Below are positions 18,947-37,932 of a stretch of 64,000 bases of DNA, one piece after another. Numbering within the stretch: the stretch's first letter is position 1; each line of letters starts with the position of its first letter. A model generated the notes under the pieces. It was not told the origin of the DNA, did not search any database, and worked only from the letters and a program-made list of their open reading frames with translations. The DNA is taken from the NCBI RefSeq assembly GCF_009914755.1, contig NC_060946.1; one strand, written 5' to 3'. A program made the translations under genes and the position numbers. Source of the DNA: the human T2T-CHM13v2.0 reference genome, Homo sapiens.

Positions 18947-20290
18947 CAGATTCACAATCTACTTTTGTGTAAACTTGGTACTCAAACTCACTTGGTAGCA
19001 CTCCTTGACCCTGAGCTGAATAGTTAACGCTTACCAGCCATATGTGTCTCTGCTATTCCCTTATTTTTTGATGCTTTTGGGGGGATGAATTTTGATTTTA
19101 TGTACAGCTCAAGTAAGAACCCGTCAAAATCAGAAGTGAAAAGCTTTTGCTGATAATGAAGCTGATGAAAATTGCATGGGTGGATTTGTTAAGTAACGGT
19201 ATCTGATGAAAACCTTGGCTCTGATCAATTGGCAGTGGGCTTCAGTCTGCTCTGCAGAATGGCTGATGAGGACCCACCAATTGCTTACACCCTGTTGACT
19301 GTTCTTGGCGTACCATGTGCTACAGGAACACACCAGATACATTTGACAGTAACTGGAAAAAGCCTACATCCACCATCTTTGTAGGATGTATCCAATTTAC
19401 CGTCTGTCAGTACACATACTAGACACCATGAGTAACCAGAGAAATATTTTCTGACTGATTAATAACATTTTTATACCAGCGGTACAAACTCATTGCAGGG
19501 ATTCTAGCTTGGAAAAAACAATTGTTAGATGTTATCATTCCTAGGAAACTGCTATGCATACTCCCTCCCTAAACATCTTGTGGAAAAGCAGTTTCAGCTT
19601 TTATTTCCCCTTGGGGGATATGTGCATTTTAGCCTAAGTGCAAAGAAGTTTAGAGGAAGGGTAAACACTTTTTTTCAGGCTGTGCTCTTGCTACCATCAC
19701 AGAACCTAAGATTCCATGGCTCCCGAAAGAGTCCAGTGTTAAGAATGTCATGTACACAATTGACAGTGTTTGGAATGATGCTGATTATACATTAACACAT
19801 TTGACACAGATTCTGACTATACTGATGCTTGCAAACAAGTCTGTACATAAAGGTTTTGGAGAATTTTTGTGACTTATGAGAAAATGATGATGTAAGACTT
19901 CATTCTTGCACAAAAAGTTTATCAGCTAAAAGTGGAAATAACTGAGAAAAACTGATACCAAAGAAATGTCAAACACCGTGATTCAGCTATTGTTCATTCT
20001 TTGCATAGTGGGGAAGTTGCTAACAAATACAGATAAGGGTTACTGTGATGATAATGACTACACAATTAACACAGAGTAAAACATTCCCATTAAAAATATG
20101 GTGAATATTTAATTAGTTAATTATGGGCCTTGAGCAATTCTCAATTAATGGTGAGCAGGAGATAATGGAAAATTACCCAATTAGAAACAGGCTTCTCAAG
20201 TAGGCATCTCATGGAATAGGATGCTGGAAGAAGTCATTAAAAAGGCAATTGATTGCAGTGTGCTTCTTGGTTTGGGGACCCTGTTCCTGG
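18947..20290 (+). mobile_element. TcMar-Tigger (pogo-like) DNA transposon fossil with degenerate DDE transposase
   Basis: Starts TA|CAG inside L1; hand translation gives LTVLG..ATGTHQIHLTVTGKS, *VTREIFSD*..NNIFIPAVQTHCR, FLGNCYAY, SVKNVMYTIDSVWND, LEEVIKKAI, collinear with Tigger/JRK-TIGD DDE proteins, with stops and frameshifts. Confidence 0.75.
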
Positions 20291-20299
20291 TACATCATG

Positions 20300-21640
<1,341 letters not shown>

Positions 21641-21758
21641 GAGGGTCAAATGGTTCAAATTTCTAAAAAATATCACTTTGTATATGCCACAAGTTTTCAT
21701 ATGCCCTATTGTCATTTGATTGTAACTACTATTTAAATTCAATTAGGATATTATCTGA

Positions 21759-22232
<474 letters not shown>

Positions 22233-22624
22233 TAGACAAGCTAAGGGAGTGAATCAAAATCAACAGATAACAAGGGTGAGGTTTCTCAAACTGAAGCATC
22301 CTGTTTACGTCTGGTAAAACCACCTCCACAGAACATCATGCGTCGTCAGGTATAAGGCCTAACACCTGTGGTGTGTAGTGATACAGCATTTTATCTCTTC
22401 CTTGTAGCCCATGAAATAAAGAGAAAGTTTGTTCAAGAGATGATGGTAGTTTTCACTGCACTAGAGTGTTACAAGAAAGTAAGTGAGAACAATAACCCCA
22501 GGACAGGGAGGCTGCTGCTCACTGCTCCAGCATCTGCAGCATTCTCCTGAGGGGACACATTAAGGCAGCAGAGAGACATTTCCCAAAATAAACAGCGAGG
22601 GAAATAAAGGTGTAGGAGTCACAG

Positions 22625-22985
22625 TGAGGAGGCTAAAGTGACTCCATCTTGGAAGCTAATCCACCATGTTGACTTCTGATTAACCCCGGTTCTGGGAATG
22701 CCGCTAAGATTTCCATTTTATCTATTGTTCTTTGTGTGAGAACATATGCCTACCATAAATCCTGCCTTTAGATCAAATTAAGCGTGCTACCCTTTCTTTA
22801 TGGTGTATAATCCCTGGGTCTGGGGGATAATAGTGTAGAGATCTACCTGTCTCACAGCTGCCCAAGACCATCCTTCAGTCCCTAAGTTCCCAAATAAAAC
22901 CATCCTATAACAAGCTGGATTCGTCTGCTTCCTTCTTTGGTATCCTGGCTCCTATGTTTGCAGGTCACTTTGCATATACAGGCTT
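22625..22985 (+). mobile_element. ERV1 solo LTR (LTR23-like)
   Basis: gactccatcttgg...ccatgttgacttctgattaacccc start, TATA-like gtataa and AATAAA internal. Confidence 0.6.
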
Positions 22986-23621
22986 AAAAAAACACTTTTA
23001 ATAGTCAAATATAACAATACAGAAAGTACATAAAAGAAAAATAGCTGAAAATTAACAAGCTAAACTTCCAAAATCAGAAGTAAAAAAACAAAAACAAACA
23101 AACAATAGAATTAGCTCAAGGAGGGAAGTAAAGACATAAAGATAAGGCCAGAACTCAAGATCACCACAACCAACAACAAAAAATACAATAGAAAAGGTCA
23201 ACAAAGCCAAAATTGGGTTCTTAGGAAAGACTATGGTAAAACTGATGAAGATAAAAAGAAAGAAGAAAAAATAGTATTAGGAATGTAAATGAACCATAAT
23301 TATAGATGAAACAGAGGTTTAAAATACACTGAGAATTTCGTCAAAAGCTTTATATTCTAAATTTTAAAATTTAGGTTAAACAAATACTTAGAATAGTATA
23401 ATTTGGTTTAAAAAATCAAGAGAATAGAGAGACTGAATTTTCCTTTAACTATTAAATACATTGAAGTTGAAATGTTGCCTCCCCAGGCACATACAGTTTT
23501 ATGGGCAAGTTCTACCAAACGTTAGAACAGCAGATTATGCTAACATTACAAAAAAATCTTCCAGAAAATAGAAGATAGACTATTTCCCAACTCATCTATG
23601 CAGCCAGAATAATCTTCTTGC

Positions 23622-23990
23622 CTGTCTTAGTCTGTTTTGTGCTTCTATAGCAGAATACCACCGATTGGATAATTTATAAAGAAAATAAATTTATTTCACA
23701 CAGGTCTGGAGGCTGGGCAGTCCAAGGTCAAGGCACCGGTAGATCAGGGTCCAGTTTCTCTGTTTCCAACATGGCATCTTGAGCGCCGCATCCTCCAGAG
23801 GGGAGGAACACTATGTCTTCACATGGCAGAAGAGCAGAAAAGGAAAAGAGTAAATCCATTCCTGCAAAGCCTTTTTATAACAGTATTAATCCATTAAACA
23901 CCTCCCAAAAACTTCCACATTCCAACACTGTGACATTGGAAATTGAGTTTCCAACACATTAATTTTAGGGGACACATTCAGACCACAGCA
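23622..23990 (-). mobile_element. MaLR LTR (MST/MLT1A-like)
   Basis: tgtcttagtctgttttgtg ... gggacacattcagaccacagca termini. Confidence 0.8.
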
Positions 23991-24183
23991 ATTCCCAAAT
24001 ATGCAAAAGCAGTACAAGTAGTAAAAATTATAAATCAATCACATATATGAAGATAGAGACTTTAGCAAACTAAATTCAGCAGGAAACACACATACACACA
24101 AAGACAATATAAATGCCTACATTAGGTTTAACCCAGACATACAAGGAAAGATTTGCATCTAAACATGTATAAGTACTATTCAT

Positions 24184-24507
<324 letters not shown>

Positions 24508-25561
24508 TTATTCACCACCACATAAAAGAATAAAGGAGAAAAACTATATGATCAACTCAACAGATGCGGGGAAAATAATTTGATACAATTCAAGACCTAT
24601 TCATGAATTTAAATTAAACGCACGTGCACATACCCACACACCTCTTAGTATACTGGGAATAAAAGCGATGCCTTTCATTTAATAAAGGCTGTCTTCAAGA
24701 AAATCTGCAGCAAACATCATTCTAACATTTAGTAGGAGCACATTTGAATATAGCAGCAGTTCCTTTACATGGTAGAAAGGCAAGAATGTCCACTATCACT
24801 CATCTACCAACACTGGAGGCCCCAGCCACGCAGCATGGCATTAAAAAGAAATAAAAGCCTAAGAATTGGAAGGCAAAAGCATATCTGTCATTATTCACAT
24901 TTGCTATAATCGTCTACATTGAAAACCCAATAGAATGTATAGGCAAATCATTCACTGTGATAAGAGTGCGTCACTGTGTGGCTGATTATGCTAACATTAA
25001 AAGTTGATTGCCTTTCTAGACGACAGCAATAAATAATTTGAAAAGAATTCTTAAAAGAGATGCCATTTACAACATCAATAAAACCTTAACGTACTTGGAA
25101 ATAAATCTAACCAAAGGTAGGCAACACCTGTATGTAGAAAATGGTAAAACTTAACTGAAAGATTAAAGAAAACTGAAATAAATGGAGAGACAACCCATGT
25201 TCATGAATAGGAGGCTAATATTGCACAGCTGCCAGTTCTCCCAACTGATCTATAGCTATCCATAGGTTTGATGCAAATAGAAAAAAATCCCAATAATTTA
25301 TTTCTTCTTTTTGTTTTATTTTGTTTTTGTATATATTTTCATAAACTTTTTCTAACATTTATATAGAAGAGCAAAGGACTTGAAATAGCCAAGTTACTCC
25401 TGAAGATGTATAAAGTGATGGGAGATGACCTCTAGAATAGCAAGAATTATTATAAAGCAATGGAAATGAAAACAATGTAATATTGTCCTAGGGACTGATC
25501 ATTTATCTATGGAACAGAATAGAGAGCCCAGAAATACTTGATATGTGATAGAAGTAGATTT

Positions 25562-26006
<445 letters not shown>

Positions 26007-26175
26007 TTAAACTGTAAGACAGAAAAGTAATACTTTGAGAAGATATATAGGATGCTATCTACCAAATCTTGGGATAGAGAACAATTTCATAAAGAAAACA
26101 AAAATAAATAAATATTAATAAATTTGATTACATTAAGCTCAAGATGTTCTCATCATCAAAAGTCACAAGAGAAGA

Positions 26176-26470
26176 GGCACAGTGGCTCAGCCTGTAATCC
26201 CAACACTTGAGAAGGCCCAGGTAGGAGGATTGCTTGAAGCCAGAAGTTTGCAACTAACCTGGGGAACAAAGCTAGACCTTGTCTCTATAAAAGAAATGTT
26301 AAAATTAGCTGATGTGCCTATAGTCCCAGCTACTCAGGAAGCTGAGGCAAGGGATCACTTGAGCCCAGGAGTTCGAGGTGGCAGTGAGCTACAACTGCAC
26401 CACTGCTTTCTAGCCTGGGTGACAGAGGCCCTGTTAAAAACAGAACAGAACAAAACAAAACAAAAAACAA
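26176..26470 (+). mobile_element. AluJ-like, diverged
   Basis: ggaggattgcttga, cacttgagcccaggagttcgagg. Confidence 0.85.
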
Positions 26471-28658
26471 AAAGAAGACACAAGGAAGAGAAAAGATAAG
26501 CCAAAGACTAGAAGATATTTGCAAGATGTGTAACTGACAAAAGATTAGTATCTAGAATACATAAAGAATTCCCACATATTAATAAGAAAAATAAGGACAA
26601 CTATATAAAAAACGGGCAAAGCCATGATTAGATATTCCAGTAAAGAGGAAAAAAAATGGTCAATAACTATATAAAAAGATACTCAGTAGTAATAAGAGGA
26701 GTGCAAACTGGTTCAATCTCTGGAAGACAGTTTGCAATTTTTTTGTAGAGTTGAACATTCCCATATCTTATGACTCAGCAATGAAACTTGCACATGACCC
26801 TGGGACATAAGCAAGAACATTCATGACAGCTCTCTTCCTAATAGCCCCCAACAAATGTAAGCAACCCAAACATCTGTCCAGAGAAGAGTAGGTTCATACA
26901 GTGATTATAGCACAATGACAACATGAATGATTCTTAGAAATGTAATTGAATGAAAAATCAACTATCAGAAGATAAGATTCTATTTTTTTAAAGCTCAAGT
27001 ACTATAAACAGAAATAGCAGATACAAAATTCAAGATAGTGGTTATTTTTGGGAGGGAGGTAGCAAAGGCATAGGAGAGGAAGACATAGGTAAGTATCAGT
27101 AACAGGTACTGAAATTTGTTGGAATACTTGGGGTTGAGTGGGTGGGGGAGTGGGTTCACAGCTGTTTATTATACTTTATGGCTTACATATAGGTTACACA
27201 TAATCTTTTGCATGTATCAAATATGACATTAAAGGTAACATATAGTTTACAAGCTTAAAAATCGGTTTCCATAAAAGATTCTTATTCTCCAGTTTTCAGA
27301 GCTTTGACTTCATTTGGCATAAATTAATTACTTTGATCTGTTATGCCAGGAGAGCATTGCTGGCCACGTGGTAGGAGTGGGGTTTTCCTGAAAGACAGGG
27401 TGGGATGAGGCTGTGGTGAGCCTCCCCTTGGAGAGGAAATGGTGAGGCAGGAGTCCAAGCCTAGCATTGCTGGCTGGAGGGACCTGGAGCTCTCTTCCCA
27501 GGCTGAAAACTTTGGGACTTTCCACCTTTGAAGTTCTGGTTAATATTCTGTTTCCCTGCAAACAAGTGCAGGGAATAACCTTACAATAACCATGGGCTGG
27601 AGGTTTGTCCTTAGGGGGAAAGAGGAATGGGACAAAGGACAGGGAGGACAGGTTCAGCTGAGCATGGGAGTGGGGGTGGAGAGCAGGGAGTTCATGCTGA
27701 AAAAGAAAGGCAGACAACCACTCACTTAGAGGCTGTTAGGAAGATGCTGAAAGAAAGCAGGGGAGGCCATGAGGCCCTGGAGGTAAAAACATGGTTTCTG
27801 GCTCTGCTACCTCCTTGCTGGATAACTTGGGTAAGAGACTGTCTTCCCATCTGTAAAATGGTCTAATAATAATGGCAGCACTCCTCGTAATAGCTCTCAA
27901 CAAATGTAAACAACCCAAACACCTGTCCAGAGAACAGTAGGTTTATACAGTGATTATAGCACAATGATGACACGGATGATTCTTAGAAACATGATTGAAT
28001 GAAAAAGTCAAGTATCAGGAGATAAGATTCCTTATCTTCATACCTCCCTTCGTTGCATGGTTTTTGCGACAATAGGAAATATATTTTGTACATTGCCTGC
28101 CACACAGCACCCATCAATAACACAGACTTAAAAAAATAAGACCACCTAAAAAGAAGCTTTACCAAGAAACTAAGCAATTTGAAATGGCGACTATGGCATA
28201 GTAAAGGCCAGCTGGAATCTGGAGGAAACATGGAGACCTCCAGCATACTCTCCTGTTCCCGCCATGCCACTATAACAATTTCTTCAAGGAATAAAACTGT
28301 CCCTAGAAACAGTAAACCATCCAGCAACTGTGTATGAGACATGCTTATGGCTGTTAAATAGACTTTCACAAGCTGCATTCTCTTCCTGCAGTGCTATGAG
28401 AAGTCATCATCAAGTTTCCTGCAGAGCAGGATGGACTTGTTCACACATTTGACATTTCAATAATGTACACTTCGGCCCAAATAACTCAAGTTGGGATGGT
28501 TGGTGATTTGGGCCTAGGGATTGTGCCCCTCCTGCTTGAAAAGCGGAACCCTTGAGCAGCAACATTAACTCTTGCTGATTCTAACATTTTACAACTTTCA
28601 AAACTGGGTAATTAGAATCTTAGAGTGCCCATGACTGAATCATAGAACCTCTAAAGAT

Positions 28659-28660
<2 letters not shown>

Positions 28661-28695
<35 letters not shown>

Positions 28696-28719
28696 GTGTG
28701 TGTGTGTGTGTCTGTGTGT
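28661..28719 (+). repeat. (GT)n microsatellite, interrupted
   Basis: Directly visible. Confidence 0.95.
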
Positions 28720-29670
28720 TGGAAGAAGGGGTTGGGTCAAAGAATACCAAAGCAACAAAAGTACTATGGGATGAATGAGTTCAGAGTCTTGCAAAAGGGA
28801 CAAGATGTTTCTGAAGCCTGAAGTACAGAGACCCAGAGATGGCTCACCAGTGATGCTACATGCCTGTTTGATTAAACTTTTTTTTACATGTATTGGCCCT
28901 TTGCATTTCTTCCTTTATGAACTATTGTTAATTAGTATGTTCATATTTTTCTTACTTAGTTATAATATCTCTTGCTATTCAGGATACCAACTCTGTATTT
29001 TGCATACGTTTTTGCAAACTTTTGCCCTCAGATTGTCATTTTTTGTCTGTTTTATGAGGTGGTTGGCCTATCTTTGCATTGCATGACTATACAGTTTAGC
29101 TCTTGGAGTGAGGGCCTGTCTTCTAAATTCTGGGAGGATGTCACTCAATGGCTGTCAAAGTGCTCATAAACAGAGAAAACTAGGGAATTCCCTGATAAAT
29201 GTGGCCACAAGAATTCATCTTTTTATTAGATAACCCAGTCCCTTCCCAACTCACTCTCAGCCCATTTCCTTATTTTACGCCCATTTAAAAAAAACCTGCC
29301 AATGCCAGTTATTAAGCTATTATCTCTCAGCTCCAAACTCATCCCTCTGTACTTTGTTGTGATACTGGATTTGGGACTTCCCAACCACAGTGATGTCAGC
29401 TGGTTCCTGGTACCCTCTGCCAACTTGGGTGCTAGAGGGAAGCTGTGAGCTGTGAGGTTGGTGGAAGAGAGGACTTGCACCTTCCTGCCTACTTGCTGCT
29501 CCAGTGAGCCTCACTGTAGGAATACTTCTTCACCCTTCACCCTAGCAGCAGCAATTATTTCCTGTGGCAGCATTTAAATCCATTTTGCAGCTTCTCCAGC
29601 CCTGGCAGAACCAGTTTTGATGAGAAACTCCCCTTTTCCCCTGGCCCCCACACAAGACACCAGCACCAGC

Positions 29671-32925
<3,255 letters not shown>

Positions 32926-34021
32926 CACACCAGTAGAACAGTGACCCCTTCTCAGAGATCGCAGGTTCATCTTCCTCCTCTTGGTTTCTCAGTTTTTATA
33001 ATTTTAACCTCTTCCCTTTTGCAAGGGGTGAAAGCTGCTTCCTGCAGTTGTTACCACCATGATACCTTACAGTTCTCTCTTTCTTTCTGGCTCACTCTCT
33101 TAATCTTTTAGTTACCTAGTTAACAACTCTATACTTAATTAACAAATCATGTTAAGTTCTCTCTGGTCAGATAATTGGTGTGATTTCTGTCTATGGACTG
33201 GACCCTGACTGATACAATAAATATAAATTGATCATATTTATTACAGTCATTTTCTGGGACTTAGAAGTTCTGTATTTCAGACCTCGTTTTACCACTATTA
33301 TATAAAGTAATCAAGGAAACAGTCCCCTGGACTGCCCTCTCTCTAACTCTATTCCCATCCTCTTGGGTTACAAAGTTCTACCTGCTAGAATGCTCTTATT
33401 TCCAGGAAATAATAACAGCATTTTTTTCATTTATATATGCTATTTATAATAGCATTTTCAGAGTTTATGTGTCACATAGATCCTTATTTGGATTTTCTTA
33501 TTTAATCCTCATAACAATACCATGAAGTAAATACTATTGTTAGTATTATCCCCATTTCATGGCCAAAGACATTAATACCCAAAGAGATGAAAAGACTTGC
33601 CCAGGAACACACAGCCATAGGTGGCAGGGCCAGAAATCAGCTCCAAGTAGGCTAACCCCAGGGCCGGTGTTCTTCACCTATTGGTTGCTGCTGGTGTGGA
33701 AAGAAACTAGCTCTGAATTCCAGCTCTGCCACTAATGAGGTGAATGACCAAGAGGTCGAGGTATTGGCTGGATGGCTCTTGGGAGATGGCAACCTGAGGA
33801 AGTGGAGGGAGGGAGACCAAGAGCTGGGTGCTGACGTCATCAGGATAGGTGGGCGCTGACCAGATCATTGGTAGATGCCAGCAACACAGAATGAGCTGCA
33901 AATGAGCTGGGGTTTCTAGAAGGCAGGAATGAAGGAGAAAATCAGCCTCCAATGGAGAGAACTGCAAGGAAGCAGTGTGCTCAGGGAGGACAGGTTTGAG
34001 TTGGCACAAGAGGGTGGCATG

Positions 34022-34395
34022 AGTGTCCTAGGGCTGCCAGAACAAAGTACCACATGGATGGCTTCGTCCTGGAGGCTGGAAGTCTGAGACCAAGGTGGCT
34101 CCAGAATGGTTCCTTCCAAGGGCTATGAGGGAAGGACCTGTTCCAGGTCCCTCTTCTTGCTTGCACAAAGCGTGTTCATGTTGACATGGTGCTCTCTCTG
34201 AATGTGCGTCTGTCTCAAAATTTCTCCTTTCTACAAGGACACCAGCCATATTGGATTTGGGATCATTCTAATGACCCCATTTCAGTTTGATTATCTCTGT
34301 AAAGACCCTGTCTTCAAATCAGGTCATATTCTGAGGTATTGGGGTTAGGACTTCAACATATGGATTTTTAGGTAACACAATTCAACCCCTAACAG
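34022..34395. mobile_element. MLT1-family LTR
   Basis: cctagggctgcc...acaaagtaccaca ... tctgtaaagaccctgtc ... gttaggacttcaacatat. Confidence 0.8.
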
Positions 34396-36375
34396 GAATG
34401 AAGAGAACAGTCAGAGAAAAAGAGCAGGGGATTTTGCTAGACCATGAGTTCCCACAGGTACAGGGAAGAGCTTGGAAAGGCTGAGAGATCAGACAGTAGA
34501 TGCTATTAAGAGGACTTACATATGGAGGACTTGGGGATGAAGTTGGGTCTTAAGGGATGTCCTGGGAGCCTGGGTTTCTGGCAGTGACTAGGGAGAGCTA
34601 GAAAGTTGATGTGCTGTGCCTGACCACGATGGTCACCTTGGGGAAGGTGGTGACCAGTTCCAGCTGGCCTGGGGCCACCAGACAGCTGGCCTTTCTTCCA
34701 CTCTTGGTAATTTGGTGCCAAGTGGGCAGTAAAGGCCTCCTCAGGGCCCACTCCCTTAGGCAGCATTGAGAGTGGGGGTTCATCCTCATGGAAATAAAGG
34801 GACAGGAGCTCTCCTCCAGGGCCATGAAAGCACAGTTCTGCACACAGTAAGGGCATGGGACACAGTTCTGGAACCTTTCTGACTCCCCTCAATCAATCAG
34901 ATTTTCTACCTCTGTCAAGTTTCCTCTTGTAGTTAGCAAGAAAACAAAGATCCTAAGAACGTGGAAGGCCCTCCTGGCTGGTGTGAGGCGCCCTGATGCA
35001 GGGGAGCAGGAACCCTTGAGGCTGCAGGGGCGGGGCCCTTGAGAAGAGGCAGGCAATGTGGGGAATTTTTGGCACCCATAGGAGGGCCAGCTGCACTGTA
35101 GGCTGCCCCATGGGCTGGGCTGGATGGAAGGAGCGGTTGAGGGTCAAGTCCCTGGGGCAGCTCCCAGATGAGAGGGACCTTGATGGCCCTGGATCCAGGG
35201 TTGACAATCCCACACCGTCTGAATCCAGTCAGCTCTCCTCATCTGCCACCCCACCAAACCTCAACTCCTCCCTGCCCTGCCAAATAAGTCTATCTGGTGT
35301 GAGTGGCCCTATGTGTCCAGTTAGCTCCCCACCCCCATGCCAGTCACCCCGGGACACATACTTACCACTTCCTCTGTCATACTATCAAACTATCACTAAG
35401 GAAACTATCAACTTGAAGGAATCAAGTGATGCAACAAACAGTCTGGATAAAACCATAGTCTAGAGAGAAGCAGGGTCTCAGGGTGACCACAGGGGACATG
35501 TGTTTGAAAGTAGGGACAGAGTCTGAACAATCCATGTATCCTGGACAGGTCCCTGCCAGTGGCAGTGAGGTGGGGATCCCCAGGACAGGAACAGGCATCA
35601 TGTGCGTCCCTCCCATTTCTCTGCCAGCTCCCAGGGCTGTACAGGGCCCCAGCCCAGCCTGCCCTCTCTGGGCCCAGTACACTACACTCACGTCTCCTGG
35701 CTCTTCCACTGGCACCACTGCCCTTAGAGTGTCCTCGTTCAGATGCAACTTTGTGCCCAAGCCACACTCACAGGGTCTGTCTGTCCAGGTCCCTCCCGGG
35801 ATGCCTCCCACAGAGCCCTGCATTCTCACCTAGAGCAGAGCCTCCAACGCCACAGAAAGAACAGCGTTCTCAGGGAAAACCTGCCTGGTTCCTGCCCCCT
35901 GATGCTCCTGACCCCCAGACTGGCTCAGATCTATCCCCTGGGACCTGCCCTGACCTGACTCAAGAGGGACTTGCAGGAGGAAACTTGCTGTTTCCCAGTG
36001 CTCTGTAATTCTCGTAATTCTCCGTTCTCATTCTGGTGCCAGCTTTGTTTCCGACAGCAGGGGCCCACTTAACATCTGACAGCTGAATTCCTACATTCCT
36101 TCCCATGGCCTAGAAAGCTCAAGGTGGAGACTGCCTTGCCCTTCCCAATCCCTGTTCCCCTCCTACCTTTGCACCTGGGGCCCAGCTCCCTGTTGACAGC
36201 CAGCCCCTCAGAACAACCCTGCTTTTCCCATCACTGTAATCAGCCTGCGGGGGGGACACCCCTCTCTTTGGGCAGCTTCTACCTGCCAACAGTAATGGCC
36301 TGAAGTCCCTCAGCCCTGAAGCCTCCTACCTGGAGATCTTGAGAAAGAGCCCCATCTCTAAGAAGGGAGCATTGT

Positions 36376-36487
36376 TTCTTATGAAGGGGTTTTCCTGCAA
36401 CTTCTCACTCGAGAGCAGTTGCTGTATCTGCCTCTGCGGTAGATCAGACGCTGATGGCTCTTATCTTCCTCATGACTCCAAACCACA
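36376..36487. promoter_or_regulatory. Candidate haematopoietic enhancer (STAT6, NF-kB, RUNX, GATA, ETS motifs)
   Basis: TTCTTATGAA 36376-85, GGGGTTTTCC 36386-95, TGCGGT 36435-40, CTTATCT 36460-66, CTTCCTC 36465-71, AACCACA 36481-87; motif evidence only. Confidence 0.45.
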
Positions 36488-37932
36488 CAGTTCGGTTCCT
36501 GGTATCTGCTTTACCACCTTGGCCTGCCCCTGAAAACCAGAACATGGTGTCGGGAAGCAGAGGTTTGGGCTCCCTGCTTTCGGCTCAGGTTGCTCCTGCT
36601 GGTGAGATGTGTGTTGGGCACTTTTCTGGCTTTGGAAGAGCTAAAGGTTCAGGACAAAGTCACTGAGATGGTGCAGGGATGACAGAGAGGTGAAGCAGAC
36701 AAAGAAGGCCTTCACGAAGGGGAACAGAATACACAGCATATTAGCGAGTACAGCAGAGTGCTGTCAGCTGCAAGCAACTGAAAAACCACTGAAAGTAGCC
36801 AAGGAACAGGGGGTTTGTCATTGCTCAGACACAGAGTCTGGAGACACAATAGTACCATGCAGGGACGTGTAGGGTCTCAACCTCATCAAGAACCCAGGTG
36901 CTTCCCCTCTTTGCGCTCTGACAGTTCAGAATTGGAGTGATGATGGCCGAGGGGACTCCAGGTATCACATGCAAAGGGCGATGCCCAGAGGTAGAAACAA
37001 CATCTTCCTTTGTCTCATTGGCCAGGTTGAGATCACATGATCCTTCGTAAGCCAATCACAGGAAAGAAGAAAATTACTGTGAGTAGCTTCAACTAATCAA
37101 GTTCCACCTTCTTGGGACAGGGGACAGGAAGGTATTTTATATCCAAGATCTGATTTTTCCAAGTTCTTTGGTTCTTGAAGGTTTATATCCTTGTATTTTA
37201 TATCCAAGATTTGATTTTTTCCAAGATCTTTGTTCCTTGGAGGTCTGTATCTATTGTTGGTTGTTTCTGCTGACTCTCGCCCATGGTGGCTTGTTTCCTT
37301 GGGAGTCTGGTGATTGTTAATATGGGTTCCTACATGGGAACATGTGGCTATGTGGAAAGTCAGTGTGGTTCAATGAAAAGAAATGGTGTTTTCTACGATC
37401 AACCAGAACCTTGTGCCTGAGTGACATCTGGGATCCAGCTGCTTCATTGCTCCTCCATTGACTGGCCAAATTGGTATTTGTACTAAGTCACGTGGTTGCA
37501 CGTCCATATTGTCATGTCTGTTCCCCGTTAGCTCAGCCACCTGGAGGGGAATATGGGAAGCAGGAGCCAGGGGCAGGCAGACGAGCTTGTTCTCTCTCCT
37601 ACGCCCTGCCTTCTACCCTCCACTGCCTTCTACCAGCTCTGCCAGGAACCCCACCCCTTCCCAGTTCCTGAGATTTCATTATATAGAGGAAGTCAGTGGC
37701 AGGAGGGCAAGATCTTTGCCTTTCATAAACAGAAAGGAGACTGTTGATGTATCCAGGGGCTACAGTGAGAAACAGAGATGTGAGTTTCAGAGTGAGTGTG
37801 TGGATGAAATTCTCTATGGGAGACACAGCTTGAGATGAGCCGAGAGCATGTATGGGGTCTTGGAAACACCACCACTTGAGGGATGGGCAAAGAAAGGAAA
37901 TGACAACAGAGAGTGCCAAAGATCCAACAGAA

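Noticed and set aside
28150-28630. Unassigned ~480-bp stretch that looked like a possible pseudogene fragment
   Set aside because: The frames I translated gave no recognisable protein; probably an old repeat. A BLAST/Dfam search would be needed.
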